A DNA stretch of 64,000 nucleotides from contig OZ242351.1 in assembly GCA_965208675.1 (NCBI GenBank), positions 1,504,001-1,568,000 of the forward strand, given 5' to 3'. The DNA is from Candidatus Poribacteria bacterium (GTDB lineage Bacteria > Poribacteria > WGA-4E > PCPOR2b). Under the pieces are notes generated by a model, which saw only the letters and a program-made list of their open reading frames with translations, was not told where the DNA came from and ran no database searches. Position 1 is the first letter of the stretch; each line of letters starts with the position of its first letter. A program made the position numbers and the translations under genes. Positions 39,370-48,975 of this stretch are shown piece after piece.

Positions 39370-40839
39370 TCAACGCCGGTTCTTCCCGGGCGATTCACGT
39401 CTTTTCGTTTCGGAGTCATTACGCCCTTCATAGGATTCATGTCGATTTTCATTGGGTTCGCTCCGGTCTATTTTACGCTCGTCATCATCATGAAGTATTT
39501 CAGGTTCATCCGGCAGATTTAGAATAGAAGTCGGGTCATCTGTATCTTCCAACGACTTCAGTGACCTCTCCAACTCATTCACCTCTACCCCGCCGGTCGA
39601 TTTCCAATCCTCAGCTTGCTTCATCTGGTTTTCCAATTCGAGTGGGACGATTGGCGCGGGGATCGGCTGTTCCAAATCCGCCGGAAATTCCGGCATATCT
39701 AGCGTCGGTCCGGCATGGCGCGTTGCTGCCGCAGGCGCGGAGTCGTCCGCTGCCAAGTCGGATTCGGAGGTCCAATGTGATGAGCGGGATACAGGTTTCG
39801 GTTCGGCAACGTTCGCAGGTTGCGAATCTGTTCCTGACGGAAGCACTACGTCGGACTCGGAACGGGCGATCTCCCGTCTATCATCATCAAATTTGCCGGC
39901 AAAATTCCCCCATAGCTTCGCCATTCCTCGCCTCGGTGCACCAGCGGGTTTGCCGTCCGGACCAATAAAGCCAATCTTCACATGTTCGGGCAGTTGCTCC
40001 GCGAAAGGGAAAGGCTGCAAATGTTTCATTATAGCATCCGTATCTTGAGCAGAAAGTCCCATAGCGGGCATAACTATATCTCCCATGTCTACACCGCCGT
40101 TACCGTTCAACTTAAAATAGGTGGTGTCCGCTCTCATCGGAAAACGCGTCCCATCTTTGGCTCTGGCAATCGTCACAAATTTGCCTTCATTCCATTGTTG
40201 TGCGAAAGTTGGGTCTTTTAATGCTTCTTTCACATAATAGTGCGTCTCCAAAAAATGCTGGATCCTAGTTTCTTCAAACTGTGCCGACGACGTGTCCGCT
40301 GGCAGCCCCATACGTTCTAGCACACTGTTTTTGTAATCGGCATCATGTCCGTACAGGGCTTGCTCGAAAAACTGCTGCTTTGAATGTAGCAGATTGAACC
40401 TGTACATGAGGAATGAATTGTATTCCGCACCGTTCACGATTAGCAGGCCTTTATCCAGCAACATCTGCAGGAATTCTGCACGCGGATAGGCTTGGTCGAC
40501 ATTTGCTAAGTCGATGCCGCTGAAATTAATCGTCTGCGACTCAACCCATGTGTCAAAATTAGTGTCATGCGCTTCCATAAGGGCTTCGACGGATTGCGGG
40601 CTTTGAAATGAGGTTGAATCGGAAATGTGGCGCATTCGAGTCAACTCCTCGTCCGCACCTTTGACGACGGTTGTCCACCAATAGTCGCGCAAATAGTTGC
40701 TTGTTACAATCTCTTCCGGTGAACCAACGTTCTGGCTAAATACAACATGCTGTCGATGCAAAAGTGCGGCGAAAACAGCCGCCGCAACAACTCCCAGACC
40801 AATCACTACAATCTTCCACTTTGACAAGGAAACCAACAT
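39370..40839 (-). CDS. Hypothetical membrane-anchored protein with disordered acidic/Pro-rich C-terminus
   Basis: 489-aa ORF, N-terminal TM helix, AAAGGAG RBS. Confidence 0.8.
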   Translation of the reverse strand: MLVSLSKWKIVVIGLGVVAAAVFAALLHRQHVVFSQNVGSPEEIVTSNYLRDYWWTTVVKGADEELTRMRHISDSTSFQSPQSVEALMEAHDTNFDTWVESQTINFSGIDLANVDQAYPRAEFLQMLLDKGLLIVNGAEYNSFLMYRFNLLHSKQQFFEQALYGHDADYKNSVLERMGLPADTSSAQFEETRIQHFLETHYYVKEALKDPTFAQQWNEGKFVTIARAKDGTRFPMRADTTYFKLNGNGGVDMGDIVMPAMGLSAQDTDAIMKHLQPFPFAEQLPEHVKIGFIGPDGKPAGAPRRGMAKLWGNFAGKFDDDRREIARSESDVVLPSGTDSQPANVAEPKPVSRSSHWTSESDLAADDSAPAAATRHAGPTLDMPEFPADLEQPIPAPIVPLELENQMKQAEDWKSTGGVEVNELERSLKSLEDTDDPTSILNLPDEPEILHDDDERKIDRSEPNENRHESYEGRNDSETKRRESPGKNRR

Positions 40840-41064
40840 GATAGGTGCTCCTTTCTCCTAATACTTAATTGTTCGTGGAGATTCCAGTTGATTAAACCTA
40901 AACCCCCACGCTTCAGGCGTTTTTTTACTCATTCAAACTGGTTATTAGGATAGTTGTTCGTGAAAGTGTGTTTGGATTTACACATTGTAGCGCTGCGAAC
41001 ACTCAGTAATTCGATCGTTCATGTGTCAAAAGGCAATTTTTCACAGAATTGGGTAAATTTCGGG

Positions 41065-43248
41065 TTAGTTATCCTCAATGGGTGGTGAAGAAGCTAAGTT
41101 CTGCCTTTCGATGATAGCCATGCGGGTCATCCGCCACCGCGGGCTTTCGGGTCCAACATTAAACCAATTTCCATTCGGATTGATACCCATGAAGACGTAA
41201 TCTTCTTCACCGGGCGGCGACTCAGTCGGTTCATTGGGCGCCCAGTTCGTGTAAGTCGTCAGTTCGCCGCTGGACCATCGCCATTCCCCCTCCTTTTCGA
41301 AATCAGTTAGTCCAATCCAATAGGGCGTAGTTCCAAAAACTTTCACCAGCCAACTTTGCTCGGAGGCGTCGTTAATCGAAACCAAGTATGCATCCTCGGT
41401 AATGGCTTTCGCTTGAGCATCTTCCCAACTTTCACAATGAATGCTTCGATAGGCGTGTCCGTTTTCAGGATTCATCACCCAAGCTCCATCTCGGTCCGGG
41501 GGCGCGGCGCTATCCGGAGTTGGCTCAATGGGAATTGGCGGGCTGTCAAGCGTTATGACCAAATCATCATGCCGTTGACCGGTTTCGAGAGCAAACTGCT
41601 CCGACGTCGCCAATAGTCCTTGAAATTCAACCGCTACTGCGTAAAACCCAGGTTCATTCACATAGTGCACAAAGTAACCCGCTTCGTCTGTGCGTGGCAA
41701 TCCTCCGCTACTGCCCGTGCCTTCCTCATCAAGTGTACGCCATCGCACGCGAATCAGAACTTTCGCCTTGGCAAGCGGTGTGCCGTCAGCGAAAACAACC
41801 TGACCCCGAATGCGCATCCGCGGTTTAACTACAATTTCAAAATTTTCAAGGTGTGTCCCCGGCTCAATGGTAAATGTAATCCCACCGTGAGGGGGCGGTT
41901 GCTGGGAATCCGCATAAAAAATCATCGCGCCAGTATCAATGGACAAAACCTCCGCGTCTACAAAATTTTCTTGGTTGTAGCTATGCGGAGGCATGTCATC
42001 GCTTGTTACAGGATTGGGCTGTGCCATGAACTGGAGAGGCCCGGGTTTGATGCCAGAAATCGAAAACTGTCCCTCTTCGTCCGTGTCCGATTTGAACGTG
42101 TACGGCTGTGCGCCCCTCCTGAACCAATCATAACTGAACATTGGCATGATTTTGCCGTCAAATGACATCAGCGGTCCGACAGCTATGGGGAACCCCGCGA
42201 TTGGATTGCCGTCTGTGTCGACCACGCAGCCCGATAAGGCAATTTTATCGGACCCGCTCACCGATGCAGCAGTTGCGAATTGCGGACTTGGGGATTTGGC
42301 GCCCCCAGCCACGGCAGTGGTTTCTCGGTCAACTGGCTCGGAGTTCGGCTCCACTGAGGCGCGGTTGACGACCGCCAATGGATGCTTCCCCGACGAAGTA
42401 GGAATTCCCGTAATTGACGGGCGTGCGGAGAATGGCGGCGAAGCAAGCAACGCGACCGGGATCGGGCGGTAGGCGTCTGGCGGCGACAGTGCTAATTGAT
42501 TGCCTGTGGACGCTTTTGGTGAGATGTCTACTGCTCCAATAAGTCCGATCAAGATACACAGCGCCGTAATCAAAGAAAATAGGGTCTTGCTAACAGTTGC
42601 ACTGCTCCACGTGAACCCAACTGTTGGCGGTGGGATATGGCGTACCTGCTCCATAAGTTGCATGAGGAATCCTCCTTGGAGTTTGCGGCTTTTCATGAAT
42701 CGACCGTAGTGTTCAGACATCGAATCACCTAGTTGCTGCCGTGCTCGATGTAATTTGCCCCGTGCGGTGTTAACGGAGACGCCGAGGAATTCAGAGATTT
42801 CCTTCAGCGAACAGTCGCCCATATAGAACATCGACACCGCCACGCGATTGTCATCGGGAAGCGCGGAGATAGCCCGCTCTAAGTCCACCTGCCAACCTTC
42901 CGTTGCGGCCGTGTGCGCGGGTTCAATCTGTAACGCATCGTCCGTAACTTCGTCTAACGCAATTTCGCGCCGGCGTGTTTCCGTGACCCGCGCCAGCCAC
43001 CGGTTGCACTCGTTGGACATGATTGTATACAGCCAACTTCGGAACCGATGCGGGTGCCGCAGTTTGCAAAGATGCCGATACGCCCGGAGGAAAACCTCCT
43101 GCGTGATGTCCTGCGAGTCGGCTTCGTTCCTCACCTTTTGAAAGGCGTAGGTGTAGACCATGTCCTGATACTTATGCACGAGCACGCCGAAGGCGTCTCG
43201 ATCCCCCGCGAGCGTTTGAAACACTAAGTTTTCGTCGGGTGGATTCAT
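41065..43248 (-). CDS. ECF sigma-70 factor fused to TM helix, carboxypeptidase-regulatory-like domains and C-type lectin domain
   Basis: Same N-terminal sigma/TM block as the paralogs; C-terminal NGHAY..WIGLTD..YTNWAPNEP..WFN; start at ATG 43248 after GAGGT (track start 43281). Confidence 0.9.
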   Translation of the reverse strand: MNPPDENLVFQTLAGDRDAFGVLVHKYQDMVYTYAFQKVRNEADSQDITQEVFLRAYRHLCKLRHPHRFRSWLYTIMSNECNRWLARVTETRRREIALDEVTDDALQIEPAHTAATEGWQVDLERAISALPDDNRVAVSMFYMGDCSLKEISEFLGVSVNTARGKLHRARQQLGDSMSEHYGRFMKSRKLQGGFLMQLMEQVRHIPPPTVGFTWSSATVSKTLFSLITALCILIGLIGAVDISPKASTGNQLALSPPDAYRPIPVALLASPPFSARPSITGIPTSSGKHPLAVVNRASVEPNSEPVDRETTAVAGGAKSPSPQFATAASVSGSDKIALSGCVVDTDGNPIAGFPIAVGPLMSFDGKIMPMFSYDWFRRGAQPYTFKSDTDEEGQFSISGIKPGPLQFMAQPNPVTSDDMPPHSYNQENFVDAEVLSIDTGAMIFYADSQQPPPHGGITFTIEPGTHLENFEIVVKPRMRIRGQVVFADGTPLAKAKVLIRVRWRTLDEEGTGSSGGLPRTDEAGYFVHYVNEPGFYAVAVEFQGLLATSEQFALETGQRHDDLVITLDSPPIPIEPTPDSAAPPDRDGAWVMNPENGHAYRSIHCESWEDAQAKAITEDAYLVSINDASEQSWLVKVFGTTPYWIGLTDFEKEGEWRWSSGELTTYTNWAPNEPTESPPGEEDYVFMGINPNGNWFNVGPESPRWRMTRMAIIERQNLASSPPIEDN

Positions 43249-43311
43249 ACCACACACCTCAACCGAAATGATACACCACAACCCCGCAATAACCCAGACA
43301 AAACTACTTAT

Positions 43312-43340
43312 TAGACCCGCTGCGCGGATAAAAAGTTATG
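43312..43340 (-). promoter_or_regulatory. Putative ECF (autoregulatory) promoter
   Basis: CATAAC-N18-GTCTA with an upstream T-tract. Confidence 0.7.
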
Positions 43341-43646
43341 TCTTAGCGAAAAAAATTCGGGTGTGGCTGCATTCCTGATGAAGCAACGAATTACAATTCC
43401 TCATCGTGCAAAAGCGTAAGTATTAAAGAATAAGCAACAGTTTAAACACCTGGCTGTTGTATCTGGTTAGGGAGGGAATAAATGGTTAGCGAGAGTCCGT
43501 GTTATAGTCACTGCAACTAAAAATTACACATCACCTTGAATCCGATTGACAACGGGTGCCAACTCTCCTTATCAGGCTTAAAAATACCCACAATCTTAAT
43601 GAGGGTACTAGAAACAGCACTCGACGTAACCTACGACCTCCCCTAA

Positions 43647-43667
43647 CCCCTCCTTAGTAAGGAGGGG
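43647..43667. repeat. REP/MITE-like palindrome
   Basis: CCCCTCCTT-AGT-AAGGAGGGG preceded by ACCTCCCCTAA. Confidence 0.55.
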
Positions 43668-43920
43668 AATGATTATTGTAATGAACTGCCAAGGCGTTCT
43701 CACTGTAGGAGAGGCATCTAAAACTATCGCGCTCCCTATTCGGTCGGTTGATTCTCGACAATCGGGAGAAGGATTTCCCGCCCACAGCGTGGCTCCGTGC
43801 GACACTCTGGACTTATGGGTAATAGTGCGCTTATCAGGGGGGCTGAATGTGTGTAAATATGAATGGAATTGACTATAATCTTCGGCGTGACAGATGGGTT
43901 CATGCATTGGGTAAATTATA

Positions 43921-43960
43921 CTCAACCACAACAGGAAACTCGTTCCCTGTTGTGGTTGAG
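43921..43960 (-). terminator. Strong hairpin just downstream of the ECF gene 43977..47663
   Basis: Perfect 15-bp inverted repeat CTCAACCACAACAGG / CCTGTTGTGGTTGAG. Confidence 0.6.
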
Positions 43961-43976
43961 GTCATAGAAGTTCGGA

Positions 43977-46900
43977 TCAATCCGCAAGCAGCGTTTGAAT
44001 CTGAATTTCCAGATCGTCCGCCCAAGCGCGCCCGGCGATCTCTCCCGCCGAATTAATTAGAACGAATGGAGGCCCCCCTCCGATAGCGTATCGATCGAAG
44101 GTTTCGCCTTTCGCGCCAGCGACCGCTGTTGAGCGGTCTAAGCCGACTGAATACGACAGCGACTGTTCCGCGATGTGCCGTTTGATTTCCTCGACCTCTG
44201 TTGAGGCGGGGCAGATAGCGGCGCAGGTGAGCCCTTTTTCACCAAACACCTCCTGCAAAAGATTCAATAGCCGTACCCATTGGACACGGTCGTCGACGTA
44301 GCTCAAATCCCAGAAACACAGGACAATCGTCTTTCCTTCCAAATCCGCGATAGAGACCGGTGGACCAGACAACCACTCCGCAACCGCCAACTCGGGCGCA
44401 GGTTGGTTCATCAAGGATTTTAACCGTTCTTCGGCAGATTCGACGTATGACCGGCGAGCTTTCCGCTGTGCTTGTTGCTCCGCGGTCGGCTGCGGTCTCG
44501 GCTCGGGTGGTGTCAAGGTCAAAACAAGATCGCGCTGATTCACCGCGATATCTTCAAAAATCTTGTAGTCACGATCTTTGCCGACATAAATCGAAACAGT
44601 TGAATCTTTGATGTGTTTGAGTTCAAATTCGCCCTGCCAGTCGGTATCGACGGCAGGGAGTATATGGCCGGATGAGAGGTCTTCTTGCGGATCTACGAAC
44701 ACTGTTGCGCCTTCAATCGGTTTGCCGTCAGCGTTTACAACTTTACCAGCTAGGTATCCGTTCGCTTTGACTAACACCAAGTCGTGACGCTGATTGGTCT
44801 TTAACATCCTAAATGTATGGAATGCGTACTCAGGATGCTCAACATTCAAATCGATAATGAAGTTCATGAGAAGGTTTTTCAACTCATAATAACCATTCTC
44901 ATTGGTGCGCGCATCCCAGTGTTGTGATTGATGGTGTGTGTTTACGTGGGCGCCGTTGACCGGTTGACCGGAGGTATCCGTGACGCGGCCCTGAATGTAA
45001 AACTGACCTGCAACTGGCGCCAGTGTAAAATCTGCAATCTGGTCCATCTCTAGCGTAGCGGTGAACATCTCGGTTTCGGCGTTCCAATATCCTTCAGCGC
45101 TTGCAGACATAACGTACTGGTCGCCGACAATGAGCGCAATCTCCTGGAAACGTCCATCACCGTCTGTCAGAGCGACTGTTGTACTCCGTCCTATGTTTCG
45201 TTGGCTATCCCAGCGCATCAAAGTTATGTTCACCGATGGAATAGGTTCACCCTTACCGTTGATCACTCTTCCGGCGACCTTAACCTGATGGTACTCTCTC
45301 ACTTGAATCTCAACTGACGCGCCCTGCAGAACTTCAACCTCCGCCGTTCCACGCAATCCCAATCCGTTATGCTCCGCTCTGAGGACGAGATTTTGTCCGA
45401 TTCGCAATCCCCGTACAGTAAATTCTCCCTGTGCGTCCGACGTTCCGTATTCCTTAAACAATTTTCGCACATCGGAAATGTCGAGAATCTTCGCACCACT
45501 GATCGGTTCGCCCGTTGCCGTCAACACTCGACCAATTAAGTCCAACCCTTTCGAGAACTGAAAACCAACAGTGACAGTTTCGGCTTCAATAACATCCACA
45601 TATTTCTTGATCTGTCCGATATCCAGATAGCCCTCCGGTGCGCTGGTGTAGACCATTGCCCGGCCGGGAGCGGCGCGGAAGCGATAGGCACCCGTTTCAT
45701 CTGTGTTCGTCCCGTGAACCGATGCTTGGGATTGCGGCCGAGCGGCGTCGTGAAAGCTGATATGGTGGTTTGCGATGGGATCGCCTGTGTCTCGGTCGGT
45801 TACCCGCCCGGTGATATACCCACCCTGTACCAATGTTAGGTCTGTCCAGACGGTTAGCCCCTCAACGACCTTAAGGAGTTCTTTGGCTACTGCTGTCCAC
45901 CCGTCAGGTCCCTCATGAAGAAAGAGGTTGTACGTACCGGGAGGAATATTTTTCAGGAGGTAATGCCCGTTTAGATCAGTAATTGTTCGCGCCCAACCTT
46001 CGGTAGGATGGATACCCTCAACCATGACGGTAGCGTTTTTGACCGGCTCACCGGTACCTGAGAAGCTGAGGTTTCCCTCCACCCTGCCTTCGCGCTTGAG
46101 TCGAAACTCCAGCCGCTCTGTGCTGACCAACACACGTCCAAGTCGTTCCTTTGCGTATCCAGGGCCTTTAGCATAGAATACAATTGCACCGCCTTGCGGC
46201 AGTCCGCGGAGAACGAATTGTCCATTTGCATCAGTCTTGGCGGGCTGGATGGGGATAACGTCAATCGTCAATATTTTCCCGATATCGCTTGAAATTGGGT
46301 CACCATCGAACAACATCCCAATTTGCGCCTCCGCGTTTTCAATCGGTTCGCCCGCTTCGTTCATAATGGTGCCCGTTATACTCCCCGGAATTCCCAGTTG
46401 AATCTCAACATCAGAGGTGCCCTCGGGTAGGAGATTTTGCCAGCCGATAGCGTGTTTGGGGTGCATGGCGATGATGTCTACGCGATCCCATTTCTCGAGT
46501 TTTGGACGAAGACACTCAAAATGGAACGTCCCATCCGCGCCCGTGCGGGTGACAGACTTGGACAGATCGCGCTTTATTGAGTAAAAGACTTCGGCATCCG
46601 CTACCGCCGCGCCGCCGCTGTCAACGACCCGACCGGAGTAGACAAGTTTTTCGCCCGCGTTTCCCGCTGCAGTTGCCGCGAGTCGCGGTACGGAATTCTT
46701 CCCACCGCGGTTCGACGAAACTGACTCTTTGTCAATTGATTGGCTGCTTTGCCGTGTGGGTGCGCGGTTGGCGGCAGCCAGCGGGTGCTTTCCCGATGGG
46801 GTTGGAATTCCTGAAACCGAGGAATTCGCTGCGTATTGACCCGGTGTGTAAAACGACACCTCAATTGGCCATCGGCTCGTATCTGACTGCGGCCGCCAAA

Positions 46901-47663
46901 TCTGGTTTCTTGACAACTCTGTTGATGTGTGGATTCGTCCACCAATCAATCCAATTAAGACGCACAATGCTGTTATCAGCGAAAACAGAGTTTTGCTAAT
47001 CGTTGTGCTGCTCCAAGTGAAAGTCATGGCTGGAGTTGGGATGCGGCGAATTTGCTCCGTTAACTGCATGAGAAACCCTCCTTTGAGTGTGTGGCTCTTC
47101 AAGTATCTGCCGTATCGTTCAGACATAGCGCTGCCCAGTTGCTGGCGCGCCCGGTACAACTTCCCCTTTACGGTGTTCGCGGAGACACCGAGAAATTCCG
47201 AGATTTCTTTCAGCGAGCATTCGCCCATATAAAACATCGACACCGCCACCCGATTATCATCGGAGAGCACGGAGATTGCCTGTTCAAGGTCTACCTCCCA
47301 ACCCGCTGTGGGGACGGTGTGCGCGGGTTCATCTTGTAGAGCATCGTCTGCAGCGTCCTCCAGCGCAATTTCACGATGGCGTTTTTTCGACACCTGCGTC
47401 AGCCAGCGGTTACACTCGTTCGCCATGATTGTATAAAGCCAACTTCGAAACCGGTGCGGATGCCGCAGTTGATAGAGATGACGGTATGCCCGCAGAAAAA
47501 CCTCTTGGGAGATGTCCTGCGAATCGGATTCGTTTCTCACCTTTTGGAAAGCGTAGGTATAGACCATGCCCTGATACTTTCGCACGAGCATGCCGAAGGC
47601 GTCTCGATCGCCCGCCAGAGTTTGAGACACCAATATTTCGTCGGATGAATACATAACACCCAC
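43977..47663 (-). CDS. ECF sigma-70 factor fused to TM helix, carboxypeptidase-regulatory-like repeats and degenerate TlpA/redoxin domain
   Basis: Full-length paralog of 33227..36967 with the same motifs; start may be ATG 47654. Confidence 0.9.
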   Translation of the reverse strand: MGVMYSSDEILVSQTLAGDRDAFGMLVRKYQGMVYTYAFQKVRNESDSQDISQEVFLRAYRHLYQLRHPHRFRSWLYTIMANECNRWLTQVSKKRHREIALEDAADDALQDEPAHTVPTAGWEVDLEQAISVLSDDNRVAVSMFYMGECSLKEISEFLGVSANTVKGKLYRARQQLGSAMSERYGRYLKSHTLKGGFLMQLTEQIRRIPTPAMTFTWSSTTISKTLFSLITALCVLIGLIGGRIHTSTELSRNQIWRPQSDTSRWPIEVSFYTPGQYAANSSVSGIPTPSGKHPLAAANRAPTRQSSQSIDKESVSSNRGGKNSVPRLAATAAGNAGEKLVYSGRVVDSGGAAVADAEVFYSIKRDLSKSVTRTGADGTFHFECLRPKLEKWDRVDIIAMHPKHAIGWQNLLPEGTSDVEIQLGIPGSITGTIMNEAGEPIENAEAQIGMLFDGDPISSDIGKILTIDVIPIQPAKTDANGQFVLRGLPQGGAIVFYAKGPGYAKERLGRVLVSTERLEFRLKREGRVEGNLSFSGTGEPVKNATVMVEGIHPTEGWARTITDLNGHYLLKNIPPGTYNLFLHEGPDGWTAVAKELLKVVEGLTVWTDLTLVQGGYITGRVTDRDTGDPIANHHISFHDAARPQSQASVHGTNTDETGAYRFRAAPGRAMVYTSAPEGYLDIGQIKKYVDVIEAETVTVGFQFSKGLDLIGRVLTATGEPISGAKILDISDVRKLFKEYGTSDAQGEFTVRGLRIGQNLVLRAEHNGLGLRGTAEVEVLQGASVEIQVREYHQVKVAGRVINGKGEPIPSVNITLMRWDSQRNIGRSTTVALTDGDGRFQEIALIVGDQYVMSASAEGYWNAETEMFTATLEMDQIADFTLAPVAGQFYIQGRVTDTSGQPVNGAHVNTHHQSQHWDARTNENGYYELKNLLMNFIIDLNVEHPEYAFHTFRMLKTNQRHDLVLVKANGYLAGKVVNADGKPIEGATVFVDPQEDLSSGHILPAVDTDWQGEFELKHIKDSTVSIYVGKDRDYKIFEDIAVNQRDLVLTLTPPEPRPQPTAEQQAQRKARRSYVESAEERLKSLMNQPAPELAVAEWLSGPPVSIADLEGKTIVLCFWDLSYVDDRVQWVRLLNLLQEVFGEKGLTCAAICPASTEVEEIKRHIAEQSLSYSVGLDRSTAVAGAKGETFDRYAIGGGPPFVLINSAGEIAGRAWADDLEIQIQTLLAD

Positions 47664-47719
47664 CTAACCAAAATTGAGAAAAAACCAACGCCGCAACGAT
47701 AATGGGCGCGACTATTATC

Positions 47720-47748
47720 TAGACACACTTTGTGGATTGGAGGTTATG
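47720..47748 (-). promoter_or_regulatory. Putative ECF (autoregulatory) promoter
   Basis: CATAAC-N18-GTCTA with an upstream T-tract. Confidence 0.7.
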
Positions 47749-48080
47749 CTGGGTAGAAAAAAATTTGGCGGGCAATCTCCGCGCAGGCGGATAAATTGTC
47801 TTTGGTCGTTATAATCTGCTTGAATTTATGAGGGCAAATCCCGGTTCTAGGCTATGGTTCTTGAAAGCGAGAGCAGAGTTAACGTGCATTTTTGCCGGGT
47901 GTGAGGAAAATGCTGCGGCTACATTTTTCACCCCCGATATGACCAAAGCCAATCTTTGCGAAGTCGAACGTAGCCAAGGTGTGCGGCAGCATTTCATGCT
48001 AGGAGCGTTTTATTCAACGGTTGGAGAGTTTTAATTCTCTCCAACCGAAATTTGAAGGAATAGGACAATGCGAAGCAACT

Positions 48081-48917
48081 TTACGCTGGAAGCTGAACCC
48101 AAGCGGTGACATGCGGGGGCAGGATGAGAGGACGTTTCGACGCAACAACTTCCGCCCTAAGCCGCTCGGCAAGCGTGTCCAGATCGACCTCTTCAGCGGT
48201 CGCAATCCCGTATGCTTCCAGGAGCGGGATTAGGCTGCGAAAACTGTTCGCTATGAATTGGTAACCCGCCCACGAGGCTGGACCGCCCATCGGTGCCCAA
48301 TACTGCAAAGTGGGTTCAGGCAAACCGGCATCAACGAAAGTGCCGAATAGGTCAAGACCCATTCCAATATTCGCCCCTGAACGCCGAAACACCTCTATCC
48401 CCCACTCGGCTAACTGGTTCAGCACGGGCGTATTCGAGCGGGCAGTTGCCTTGTAAATCGAGAGCTCAGCCTCCTGAAAAGCGACGATGCCTCCCGGGCG
48501 CACACGTGCCGCGAGTTGCTTCAAAGTGTCTACAGGGTCAGCCAGGTACATCAGGACCAAGCGTCCAATAAGGGCGTCGAAATCGCTCGGCAAGTCCAGA
48601 GTTTGGGCATCCCCCGCCACGAATTCGATGTTGGTGTAGCCCGCCTCCTGTGCGCGTGACCTGGCAGTTTCAAGAATCTCCGCGTTCATGTCCACGCCGA
48701 CGACTTTTCCTTCACTGCCAACCAACTCGGCGGCGGCGAACGCTACATCTCCGGCACCGCTCCCGATATCAAGCACTTTCATGCCTGTAAAAATGCCCGC
48801 ATCCCTGAGAAGACGCCGCGTTATGTCTTCAGACATTCCTGACTGCTGAATCAAGCGTTCCGTCTCCTCTTTGCTGCGCCCCATGGTATACGTCATCTCT
48901 CTATTTGTGTTGCTCAT
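48081..48917 (-). CDS. Class I SAM-dependent methyltransferase
   Basis: VLDIGSGAGD, VVGVD, FDALIGR, RPGG. Confidence 0.92.
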   Translation of the reverse strand: MSNTNREMTYTMGRSKEETERLIQQSGMSEDITRRLLRDAGIFTGMKVLDIGSGAGDVAFAAAELVGSEGKVVGVDMNAEILETARSRAQEAGYTNIEFVAGDAQTLDLPSDFDALIGRLVLMYLADPVDTLKQLAARVRPGGIVAFQEAELSIYKATARSNTPVLNQLAEWGIEVFRRSGANIGMGLDLFGTFVDAGLPEPTLQYWAPMGGPASWAGYQFIANSFRSLIPLLEAYGIATAEEVDLDTLAERLRAEVVASKRPLILPPHVTAWVQLPA

Positions 48918-48975
48918 ATCAATTTATCCTCCTTTTGTAAATGAAATAGTGAACAAGACAGCTAACACTCCGTGC

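Noticed and set aside
37889-43248. Diversity-generating retroelement acting on the C-type lectin domains
   Set aside because: No reverse transcriptase, and no template/variable repeat pair differing only at adenines; the two lectin regions are diverged throughout.
43608-44056. Small ORFs in the 43.3-44.0 kb gap (also 28081-28487, 37134-37328 and 47809-48034)
   Set aside because: They have no recognisable motifs or RBS and partly overlap palindromic repeats, so they are treated as non-coding.
47843-47852. 10-nt match (GCCTAGAACC, minus strand) to the 29-nt spacer
   Set aside because: Too short and plausible by chance in 64 kb; the flanks do not match.
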